Source: Paramecium tetraurelia
Taxonomy: Eukaryota
DNA length: 64,000 nucleotides
Reading direction: 5' to 3'
NCBI GenBank assembly: GCA_000165425.1
Contig: CT868063.1
Span: 62,001-126,000 of the forward strand
The notes beneath the pieces are model-generated. The model did no database searches and was not told the DNA's origin. It saw only the letters and a list, made by a program, of their open reading frames with translations. Positions 13,485-26,000 of the stretch are shown in pieces (within the stretch, counting starts at the first letter, position 1; the number at the start of each line of letters is the position of its first letter). Both the position numbers and the translations under genes were made by a program.

Positions 13485-14756
13485 ATGAAGAGAACATCAT
13501 CTTAGTAAAGTATAGAAGGAAGGAGGGATTCAAATCATATAGTTGGACTCATGAGTGAGAATGAGAAACTTCATAAATAAAATGAATCTTTGATGAAAGA
13601 ATTGAGTCTAATTAAAAATGATTTTGAAAGGATGTCATAAAATGGTTAAAAGACTGTAAAGAATGGACGTAGAAAGAGTTGTGAAATCACAGGTGAAATG
13701 GTCACTTAGTAATAAATTAAATCTCTCGAAGAAGAACTACAAAATTCATAATTGAGATTCAACACTTTGAAGAAGGAATTCTCAATCAAGACTACTCAAT
13801 ATTAAAATTAAATAACGAAATAGGCAAATCTAATTACTTAGCTATAAAATGAAAATGAGACGTTGAAAATTAAGGTTGAAAACAAAGAAAATTAATTCTA
13901 TGAGTTTAAGTAATCTTACTAAGAGAATTATTTAGAAAAGTCAGGTATCAAAATTATGAATGAAAATCAAAAAATTAAATAATTATCTGAAAGCAACATC
14001 AAGTTGACAAAATTGCTTGAAGACAGGCTGATTTAATTAGAATAGTTAACTAAAACACTAAATTAAAAGAATTAGGAGCACATGAAAGAAATTGAAAAAT
14101 ATGAAGTCTTACTTAAAGAAAAAGCTCATCATTCTACTTTATCATAAGGAAAAAGTTTTGAATCCTTATAAAAAAAGATAGATCTTCTCGAAAAAGATAA
14201 AATTCGATTAACCAGTGAATTAACTAAAAATAGAGATTTAAATACAAAGGAGAAATAGATGTTGATGAAAGAAAAACAAAACTTAAATTTAGAAAAAGAG
14301 AAATTGCACTCAGACATGTCAATTATTCAGCAATAATTAACTGATTATTATAATTAATTACAATAATGTGGATAGTAACTAAAGTAAAAGGACGAAAACA
14401 TTAAATAGTTTTAATAATCTGAGAGCTTCTAAGGATACTAAAATTTATAATATGAAAACTAACAATAAAAGTCATTGATTACTCAATTGCAAGTACAGAT
14501 AGGAAATCTTCAATAAACCAATAAAGCTCTACAAGAAGAACTATTGTTTTTAAAGACTACAGCCCCATTAAGCAATAGGACAAATCTAAAGACTTACTTT
14601 GGATTAGATTCTCCATTCAGAAATATTGCAGATGAATAAACTAAATATAATGTCACTTTAAGTAAGTATTAAATTAATATTTTTTTAGAAACAAGAACTT
14701 AGAGTTCATTAGATAAGAGAGGCAGATCATAGGACATGTATAAAAGGATAGAATGA
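13485..14756 (+). CDS. long coiled-coil protein
   Basis: E/K/Q/L heptad-rich open frame; intron 14662-14688; ends MYKRIE-TGA. Confidence 0.75.
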
Positions 14757-14936
14757 TTGATATAGTAACTTATATATATATATAACGGTCTCAATTATTC
14801 ATTAATCAATAAATCAATCTCTTTTGCAGCTGAAAAGGTAAATTCACAACAAAATATAATTGATCTACAAATATGATTAGAATTAATTTAATTTGAATAC
14901 TAAAATCCTTTAATTTAATTAACATTTAAATTTATA

Positions 14937-16486
14937 TCATTAACCAATGGCAACTTTTAACTTCTGTTCCTTGTGTCTTTTGTATTCGTTTATAATTAAG
15001 GGAATGAGGAAGCAACCTGCCACAATTGCATTGAGACTGCAGTATAAGAAAAGAATTGATTCTAAATATGGTACAATCAATTGATTTATTGCTGCAAACA
15101 CTGCACCATATCCCATGACAACTGAAGTAACAGTAGCTGTAGATTTCTTGTTTCCTTTAATTTATAAATTATAATTGTACCTTTCAATTCTTTCATATTA
15201 CTCAGTTCAATCACAATGGCACCTGAAACATTATTATACACACCGCCGATCATTAATCCTGTCAAAAATACTAAGATATAATAGAGAGCATAAGGTTATT
15301 CCAATTTTGATAAAAAGTTTATGCTGACCATAACTACTGTTCCAACCCACAATGAAGGCACAATAAGACTAGCCCTTAGATTCCAATAGACTCCTGCATA
15401 ACTAGAATAATCACAGTATAATACCATATTAAGATACCTCCTGGGATTGTACCCCATTCAATCATTTAAGTGATCCATGCTACTCCTTCCAGATTTTATC
15501 CCTTCAGATATGAAGGTAGCCAGAAGGCAAGAATATAGAAAACAGCCTTTATACAGCCAAACGCCAAAGCATATAAGGCGACATTAGGCAATTTCCAAGC
15601 CGAAATCATATTTATACTATCTTTTTTATTCTTCTTTGGCTTAGGAGGGACATATGGATTCATTTGAGAGTCCCTGTCTACAGTCATAAGAGTCTAACTT
15701 AAGTCAGTGACAAATGATTGTTCTGAGACAGAAACTACTGAAGCAGCTCTGCTCATGTACTCATCATGAGCCTGTTTATAAACTAATGATTTAGTCAATG
15801 GGTTTTTAAATTAGGCTATGTATTCTTTGGCTGAACTAGCTTCAATCATATAGATGTTGATGACTGACATAATTAAAACACCAATTGCAGATACATAAAT
15901 AGGAGCCATAACACTCATGCCTAATTATTCAATCAATAGAGCAGCAAACAGGTCTCCTAAGATATTACCAACGTTTGTGCAGGCTGCGAAATACCCCATT
16001 ACTATGACTTTATTTGGTTTACTCTGCCAATTGTTCATTATAGCCATCAATCCTGGCCAAGCGGGAGCCTAAGAAACACCATTCAAAATTTAAAGAACAA
16101 GCAATAACCATCGATTATGTTTCTCAACTGGCAATAAGGCAGCTATCATGAATTATACGATTCCTGTAGAAAATGTTCCGCATAACATAAATAGTTTTGG
16201 ACCTATTCTATCTCCAATTTGACCAAGACTATGTAAATTACTAAATATACAAAAGCATTGACGATCCATAAACAAAAAGGAACGAAAAATTTATGTATCC
16301 CAAGTACTTTTTATCGAAATCATCAATTTTTTCATCGTCATGTTCATGATCATCCTATTTTGCCAAAATACCACTTGTGAAACTCCAAGTTGATCTACAT
16401 GAATGTAACATAGCGTATTGCATAAAGCAGCAAATGAATACCTGAATTCTTTTAGCCCTCAATCCAGGAACAGCAGAATCAAACAT
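14937..16486 (-). CDS. MFS sugar-phosphate exchanger (SLC37/GlpT-like)
   Basis: YAMLHSCRSTWS, GQIGDRIGPK (MFS motif A), QAPAWPGLMAIMNNW, CTNVGNILG, FWLPSYL. Confidence 0.88.
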
Positions 16487-16505
16487 AAATTTAATTTTAA
16501 CATTT

Positions 16506-18018
16506 ATGCGTACTTAAGAAGGAGCTATTGAAACATTCTATTATTATCTATGGTTGTAAAATGACTCTATCATGCAAAACGAAGTTGAATTCCAACTCCC
16601 AGACACTCTCATCTACAGATTAGGAGTCATTCAAGTTTATTATACATAAAATAATTCAGGCATGGTATTTCACTCATAACAATGAAATCCTTGTCAAAAA
16701 ACTTGAAAATAGAACTATACCAAATATAGAAACTGCCTTCCTCAAAGACTGCTAGAACGATATCTGTGCCTATTTTATCAGTTGCAAACCCAGAAGAGAC
16801 TTTTATCATACTTAAGCAACTAGAGAGGAATTCCTTAAAGATTAACTCAACTTCGATTGCAGAACCTCGATTCTCTACTTAAACCAAGAACAATTTAAAT
16901 CCTTCATCCACACTCCAGATATTCATAGAAATGGAATTTTGCAAAAATTTACTAAGCCTGCATTGCCAAAAGAAAATGTAATACAAGTTATTTGGAGCTA
17001 AAATATCTTACTCTTGAGTTAAAGAGTCAATAATATCGAATTAAGTTCTTCTAAATTTGATGCTCAAGAAAAATGCTCGACGTTTAATAGTTCAGAATCC
17101 TTTTCCAAAGCGTACCCTGTTAAATCTAAAGTAATAACAACTTAAATTTAAAGAATCATTAATTACATCACCACAAGAATTAGCGTTCTCACTTATGAAA
17201 AATTTAGAGTAAATAGAGCTGTTCTCTATTGTAAGGTAGACCATCTCTAAAGAATTAATATTTTATATTGCACCTCCTTAAGATCTAATGATGAATGTCC
17301 TTATCCTATTCAATTTGGACAATTACTCAGACCTGATAATGTTAAAAATGCTATTACTACTAATAAATAAAAACCCATTAAATTGATAATGGATGTCTAA
17401 TGTTTATCATGCCAATAATATTGTTAGACTGAAGATTTACACCCAATCAAATATTCAAGATTAATTACTTCAGGAGAACATTACAGAATGGACATTAAAT
17501 CTTATTCAACAGGTGTTAAAAGAGCAGATCATCAAATTACTGAAGATAATCCAGAAAACTATATAGCAAACACAACTAAATTGATCCCAGATATCCTTAA
17601 GAAGCTTTTCCCATCTATGTCCTACAATGTATAACTTTAATATTATACTTAGGAATTCGCATCAATTAAAGAAAATTAAGCCTTCTTAAACAAAGAATTA
17701 CTTGTTTGTTTTAATTGCTATCTTAAATTTACATAAATTAAATTGAAATTTACACAAACAGGTAGAAGACTGACAATAAAATAAAAAAATAGATCTATTA
17801 CTGATATGATTAGATAAGCAACTCAAGAAGTATCATAAAGACATACTGAAAGAGATCATAGAGGTAATAAAGAACCCTAGAAAATGAGTTTTTGTTTAAC
17901 TTAAAGAACATCTTTACCAACAACTGCCAAACTTATGACGATGAAATCTTCTCGAACTTCATCTATTATGAAAAATAATATCACTTTAAGAAGTACTGCT
18001 AGAAAATCTTCTGTCTGA
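16506..18018 (+). CDS. uncharacterised protein
   Basis: MRTQEGAIETFYYYLW...LPDTLIY...WYF...LQKFTKP; long frame with short introns, ends KSSV-TGA. Confidence 0.7.
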
Positions 18019-18130
18019 TTATGATTTATTATTAATAATGGATACTACAATATTTTATTTAAAAATTGAAAGAATATAAATTATAAAGGGTTTTCTATTC
18101 TTATAAAATAAACTTTGTTATAAATTTATT

Positions 18131-19327
18131 TCATATTCTAAAATGGTTAGAAATTATTTGTTAAGCAATTTAATATTTTAATTTGTTTTTACTTGCTTAT
18201 AAACTCTCAACAAGATTTCCATGAATTTAGAGCAAAGCATAAATTTTTTCTCTAAATTCAATCTATTCAATAGATTCTGAAAATTCATCTAATTTTAATG
18301 CAATAATGGCTTGGTATGTAAATGGTAACTTCTCGAAAATAGTTATAGAACCGATTTCTTCAATTATAAGCATAAACTGTATCATATATCTATGAGGCAT
18401 GTTTGTCAATATGCAAATATAAATGCCAATTAATTAGTTGAGAGGTTTTTGTTTTTGATTTCTGTGAAATGAATGCAGATTTGTAAAATTAGAAAAACTA
18501 TTCAAAATATCCTCTTTGTATTAATCTATTTTTATCGTTTTTAATCGTAAACTAGCTTATTCAATTAAGAATTCTTTAACATCCTTAGTAATTATTTCAT
18601 TTAAGATATATCTTAACTAATAGTGATTTACTTTAAGTTTAGATTGAGTAATACTCTCCATCCAAACGTTAACTCCTATAGTTGAATCATATGAAATTAC
18701 TCTAATAATTAGTTGAATTAATTACCTATGGAACATTCCTTAAGGAATGTAAAGCATTTCGTCTTTTTGGAGAATAACAAATTTGGATAATAACTTTTAT
18801 CCTTTTTTAAGATGATTATACTATTCAGAACAAACTGATTCGAACTAAGACCAATTCTTACACTTATTTCTCAAGTAAACTATTTTAGTACCCTCAACGA
18901 CACCCAAATAATTTTCATAACTGTCATAATGCCAACCACTATCTGTAAATCCTTTTGAACACCATAAATATACATTGCCAGAATCGCTCAATACTTTTGG
19001 GCAAGGCAAATCTAATTAGATTTATGCCAAATACAATGTAAGAGGTCCTTTGTAATTTGAAAATTCGTGATAGGTCATAGTCTCCTAGAATATAGTATTG
19101 CCTGTAAAGGAATTAGATGTTGAAACTACAATATCCAGCGGTTTGTCATTTAATAAATCAGCAATATTTTTGTGGGTGAATAAAGACCATAGATCGTGAA
19201 CATTGAATTTGTAAGGTTTTGATGATCTCTTGCCTTTAATTTCTGACAAATTGTAGGTAATTGGAACGTATCTCCATTTATTTTAATTTTTCATGATTTT
19301 TCGTGACCTTTTATTTTTAGTGAGCAT
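18131..19327 (-). CDS. JmjC/cupin-8 2-oxoglutarate Fe(II) oxygenase
   Basis: LYLAQ, VYLW, WHYDSYENYLGVVEGTK (HxD), LYIPQGMFHR (distal His). Confidence 0.85.
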
Positions 19328-19347
19328 ATTAATATACAATAAATAAA

Positions 19348-21800
19348 TCAAAGCAGAATTCTATTTTATTCCAACCATTATTGCAATTTGGCTATGTCTA
19401 AAGGCTTAACAAAGTATCCCACCATGCCAGCTTTCAAACATTCTTCTTCTTCCTAACCTCCTGAATAGCCACTATGTCCTAAAATATACCCATTAAATCC
19501 CATGGTGATCAGCCTTTTGCACGTTTCAATTCCATTTAGATTAGGTAAATCAATATCAAGAATCACAATTTTGTAATTTTTACACGCACAGCTGGGTCCA
19601 TGTTGAAACTACTCAATTTTCTTAATGCATTCAAATCCACTAAATGCCAAATTAACTCGATAACCCTATGATTCAAGTTATATCTTAAGCATTTATAGAA
19701 TGAATGGTTGGTCATCTACAATTAAGATTTCAGGACATTAGCATCTAGAGTATTAACTTAATTCTAATCCACTCATTCTAAAACTATCACATTATTTGAT
19801 TTAATTTAATGGTGCTTAAAAATATTCTCTTTATTAACGAACTACTGATTCCTATTAATACTTTTATTTTTCTTCATTAAAAGAGTGATCGTAAACCTAA
19901 AACGAAAACTTAGATCCTTTGCCTTCTCCTTCTGAAACAGCGGATAACCCTTTTTAATCATACGATAACTTTCTTGCCAAGACATTACTAATCATCAATC
20001 CCAATCCTATTCCTTATGGATTTGAATTGGTTGGGTCATCCAACTTACCAAAGGCGGTGAATAATTTGTTTTAGTTTGCAGCAGTTATACCTAAACCTGT
20101 ATCTGAAACTGTTATTTCTACTGATTTATTAGTTGCTCTCCCTGAAATAGTGATAATTCCATTATATGTGAATTTCACAGCATTACCCAACAAGTTAATT
20201 AAGATTTGCCGTATTTTAAAAGGATCTGAGTATATTTTCTCAGGAATTCCTTAAAGATTAATAACTAAATCATTGTTCTTAGCATATGCCTAAACAACCA
20301 TAATATTGTAGGTTTCTTTGATTAAATGATGAAGATTTAATTATTGTATGTCTAATTTAAACTTACCTGCATTCAATACCGACACATCCAACAAATCTTG
20401 GATTAAATTAGTAAAGCAATCTAACTAACTTAGCATAGGCAATAAATACTTTTGAACCATTTCTTCACTACACATAGGTTGAATTTATTAAACCATCAAT
20501 TTTATAGATTAAAGAGGAGTTCTGAATTCGTGAACAACTGTACTTAAGAAATTTGATTTATCTGTAATCACTCTTTGAAGAAAAGTCACGAGATTCATTG
20601 AAGTCATATCTCTTACAATCAATAAGATAAATTCAGATTGTTTATTTTCAAACCTTTTAAAGCTTACTTAAAATAGAGATTTTTCATTCTAAGGAAATTG
20701 GCAGAGCATTTTGATAACTCCATTTTTTTCATGCCGATTTTCTATGAGATGATCAAGCAATTTTTTCACAGTTTCAAACTGTTGAAATGAATATGATGAC
20801 TTTAGTTCTGATTAATCATCAAATCGAGATTCATCAAAGGTGCTTTTTTTAAAATACGTTTTATTATCAAATTCCTATTCATTTAGTATGATTTATTATT
20901 CTTAGAACAATGAGTTGATCCTTTCTAATTCATTAATTTATTATTGAACATTTTTCATTTGCAAAAGATTGTAAAAGGCTGCCTTCTTATTCATTCCTCC
21001 CATCATCTTTTTCAAATGTTTATTAATGAAAATTACTTACTTTTTCATATTAACCATAATAATACCATCTGGAAACATATTGAATATTTTTTAATATTAA
21101 TCCATGCATCCAAAATCGTTTATTTAAAGATCTTATGATGGTTCTGATTAATACTCATGTTAACTGACTTTTCTTGAATAATTTGGTGAAGTTTGATTTT
21201 TAATCAGCTCTGGAGAGGGTAGTTTCGCAGTTGAAATCTATCCCTGACTTTCCTTCTCTTTTTTATTTTAAATGTAATATTTCATGCAAATATTTAACAC
21301 CATAAAAAGCGATAGCAAAGTACCTGTTATAGTATTCTCATTGGTCTCACCCCACATTATAAAATAAAACATGCAAATCAATGCATCTACCAATTTTAAA
21401 AATATTGATTGTTTTTTCAATAAATACTGCATGTATGAACCAGCTAGAAAACTCTAAATTAAACTTTGTTTCCTTTATAAAATTATTAATAATAAACTTA
21501 GTTTTATACACATTTTCACACTTATCTAAATTTTTTCGTTCTAAATTTATTTAATTTTTAATATAAAATGAATAGCCAGCATCAAGAACTGAAAGCTTAG
21601 CAGTATAGTATTAATTAATCTCGAATCATTAAGTTGATAAAATGTGAGCACAACACAAGTGACTAAGTGAGATATTAGTAAACTTCCAAAAATATATAAC
21701 ATAATTAATATTAATTTAAACAATGATTAATACTATCACAATCCCCTAATAAATTAAATATTTTCTGAATAAAAGAAAGTAAAAATACTTACAAATTCAT
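19348..21800 (-). CDS. membrane-anchored hybrid histidine kinase (HisKA + HATPase_c + receiver); start approximate
   Basis: H box VVHEFRTPL, N box INLLGNAVKFT, G1 DTGLGI, G2 GIGLGL; receiver IVDDQPF, LDIDLP, KP. Confidence 0.9.
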
Positions 21801-23007
21801 TCAATTTATTAAGTATTAATTTCTTATCATTAAAATATTAATTGTATACTTTAGAACCATATTCTGAGTGTCTGAAAAAAAATATAATTTTGTTTCAGCA
21901 AGATCAGGTGAATTTAAGAATTATATAAAATAATATATTAAAATTTCATTTGAGTTGATAATATTGGTTCTGTTAATATCAGGAATATTAATCTATAATT
22001 TTTCACTCAATTTATTTTGTTTACAAACATTTTTTAATAATTTTTGTTTTAAGAAAAACGAACAAATCTTTTATTTAATTAAGTTGGACACTAAAATTCC
22101 ATTTATCAAGAAAGCATTATAAACCATGATGAAAAACATAGGAAACTCATAAAATTATATTAACTGTATTTTACAGAGGGAAAATAGGAGTTACAAGTAA
22201 TTTGATAAATATTAGATTGATCATTTGTAATTACAACCATGAATTAATCAAAATTTAGTTACAACCTTAATTTTTCTACATTCACACCAAGAAAATTACT
22301 TTAAAATTAATTTTTTTCATCCCGAAAATTATATTGTAATTCATCATTATTTAAAGAAAGTTTAAACAATCAATATAATTCCAATGTTAGAAAATTCAAT
22401 TAAATCTAAGTTCTAAAATAGAATAATGAAAAAAAATGGGGTCATATAAATTACGAAATTTACTAAATGAACAATGAATGCTAGAAGAAATTTAATGTAC
22501 AATTGCAAATCACATGAATTCCTACTTGATTGCAGTTATAAATCTCTGTAAACAAACAATAATTATGAAAAATGAATACTCCATAATTTGGAAAATATAG
22601 GTTTAATTCATTTTAAATTAATCAAGATGTTAAATTTAATACAATAATATAATATTTCTTAAAATTTAAATTTACTCTTATTTTCTAATATAGTAAATTA
22701 GGATTCTATTGACAAGTATTCTAAAAAGGTGGATGAAAATTTGATTACTGATATTAATTTTTCAAAACAAATTCTTAAAACAATTCTCATAAGAGTATGA
22801 GTATTTAAAGGACGTAAGTTTATGATTAAATTATCAAGTCTTGAGTTGTTATCAAAATAGATGTCAGCTTGTCCTCTTCTTAGATTCTTTATTTTAATTA
22901 ATTTAAGATTGATAAATTTTATTTTAGAAATCTTTTTGGATAAAGGAATTTAATCCCTGCTCTGTATAATTGTTGAATATTGTCATATTAATAAATAATA
23001 AAATAAA

Positions 23008-26000
23008 ATGTTCCATTTTTTGATTTTGTTGATGAATATTACATAGAGTGTTCCCGTCACAGAATTTATGGAAGGTGCATCAAGTTCAAATGCATAATGG
23101 AAAAAACAAGATTCCACACCATTTAATGATTAATTTCATTGTGACGGTGGATAGTTGATAGGCCCTTTTATTGGAAAAGTCTAGACGAATATTTAAAATA
23201 CAATTACCAATCTTGAACCCCATTTTTAATTATACATTACCTTAGACATCGTATACACAGAATATTGGTCTGGAATATCAAATTATGTTAATCTATTAAT
23301 AGATTAATAAGTAATTTACTCTGAAACATCTATAAACTCTGCAAATTTCAACGCTCCTAATAATTATTGCAAGGCAAATTCATTTTAGTAATTTTTTAAG
23401 TAATATTAGTACTTTTTTGTATAATTAATAATTGATAACTATAAGATAAAAGATAAATAATCAAAATATAAGTCCATCTTTAGAAGTTTAATCCAGTTTC
23501 TAGTGCACTTTATTATCAACATACTCAGTTTGTGAAAAACTACTAGTGAAAAATATAGTTGTCACTCCCAGTGCATGTGATTTTACTTGTCTTACGTGTG
23601 ATGGCCCAGATAATAATAATTGTCTTACATGCCCTTAAGGAACAACAAAAAATGGAAAATGTTCATGCTAAAACGGATATTATGCTTATAGTCATTAATG
23701 CCTTTAAACATGCCCCTAATATTATAAAGGCTTGGGTAAAGAATGTAGTTTGAATTGTTCATTAAATTGCTCAGATTGTAGAGGTTAATGTAGACTTTGT
23801 GAAAGTGGTTATATATTTTATAATGGGTAATGTGTCAGCAGTTGCCCTAAGGGTAGTTCATAAAAAAATGGTAATTGTGTTGATTATTCGGATTAATCAA
23901 ACTTTGGTTCTGAGTTTATAGGAAAGTATTTTTATGGCTTAGAAATTGATCTTGAAAGCCAAATTAATTAATTTACATTTACTTTTAATCCTGCCTTATC
24001 AAAATTAACAGGACAAATATTTTCAACTTACAATAATTAGTATCTATTAGGAGGGTTTGGTGTTTGGAGTGAAGGATACTTCAATATAATTTATAACGGA
24101 CTTGCTAAGCATGAGTATATAAGAATTTATTTAACTGCATGGTTTATTGATAATTGGACAGATGAGCATTTTATTATAAAATTGGATAACCAAATAATAC
24201 ATGATGTCTCCTATTAATCATAAAAGGCAACCTCTAATTTATTTTATTAGAGCACTAATGATTATATTGAAGAAATTAATGTGAATGTTTAACATACATC
24301 AAGTTCAGCTTAGATAACCTTTTAAACAACATTATCAACTTCTGCTTATTAAGCTAGTTTAGCCTTAAGTAATATATTTATTTTAATCGATTATTGCGAT
24401 CCTTAATGTGATGTTTGTTAATCTACGTAATGTACTTAATGTAAAAATCCATATTAATTAATTAATAATTAATGTGCTTTTTGCGATTCTTCTAATTTTA
24501 GGAATAATGATTGTACTTGTTAAAATGGCTATTATGATGATCATATTAATTATTAATGTTAATTATGCAAATATGAATGCGAAACATGCATCGATGCTAA
24601 TTCTTGCACTCAATGTAAATTAGGATCTAATTTAATTACATTGCCTAATTGTATGAATTGTAATTAAGGATATTATTTTGATAATGGAATTTGTTCTAAT
24701 TGCGATTAAAATTGTTTAACTTGTTTTGGGAGTGGATAGTCTTAATGCTTATCATGCAAAAATGATTATATTTTGAATAAATTTAATTAATGTCAAAGTT
24801 GCATGTCAAATTAATTTAGTTATAATAATTCTTGCTAGGATTGCTAATACAATTGTGAAACTTGTAAAGATCTATAGAATTGTCTAACTTGCAAGACAGG
24901 AAGGATAAATGCTCCTTTGTGTACATGTCAAAAAGGTAAATGATTTATAGCATATTTAAGGATATTATGAAAGTAATCAAAAGGAATGTTTACCATGCAA
25001 TTATGCATGTTTAACTTGCGAAACTCTAAGCGATAATTGTTCCGCTTGTTCAGGCAATCGAATAAATCCTCCATTATGTAAATGTCCTGATGGCCTCGAT
25101 TAGGATGATAATTCTGCTTGGTGTACAGGTACGAAATATATTAATTAGACTGCTATAATGTTAATCTGGATATTAAAATGAGTAGCAACAGCAACAAATT
25201 AATGATAAAATTTAGTAAAAAAATAGAAAAAATTAATTCTTAATGCACATCACTGTTTGAGGAATCTACTCTCAATTATTTAGGAATTAATCCAATTTGT
25301 TTTGTTAATTCATATTCGATAGATATCCTTTTAGGTTAAAATTCAACTATTTATTTTGGTCAGTCCATCATGTTTAAACCTTCTATTATTAAATTACAAG
25401 AATGCCAAAAGTCAGTCACTCATTTTATAAATAATATTTTATATCATACAACAGATTTGGAAGTTCCTTTAATATTATTCTCAAGAAACTCGGTTTTATT
25501 ATCAGCTTGCTCTAACACTTCAGATAAAATCTAATAAATCTACACTTATAATTTTGGAAATAGCCAAATAACTTTTATTGAATGGAAATTAATTAGAATT
25601 TAAAAACAAGATCCTAAAATTAGTGAATTTTTAGATACTCTAACAAATTAATTTAAGAACTATGGTCAAACGAATAAATTTGAATTCTCTAATGATATTC
25701 TAGAATAAGATAACTAAGTTTTATTGGAATTAAAGTATCAAAATTTCTTAGGCATTTAAGGAAACAGTTTTATTAACATTAAGTAATTTAAAACGAAATA
25801 TTTCTTAAATGTCCAAACACAAAAAAACAAATACTTAAATTCTCAATTGATTGAAATTTTTATTAAAGTTTCTAATTGTTAAGAAGGATTTACAAATAAT
25901 GTTAGATTAAACATATCAATTGGTACTCTAAACAAGTAGGTTGAAATAAATGTGGGTGAACATTATATCTATAGGATAGAGCCCTATATTCTGAATGTGG

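Noticed and set aside
14821..14837. CTTTT-GCAGCTG-AAAAG hairpin
   Set aside because: Too short to be significant in AT-rich DNA
23388..23535. Apparent frameshift or retained IES in the receptor gene
   Set aside because: A 22-nt GT-AG intron at 23388-23409 restores the frame
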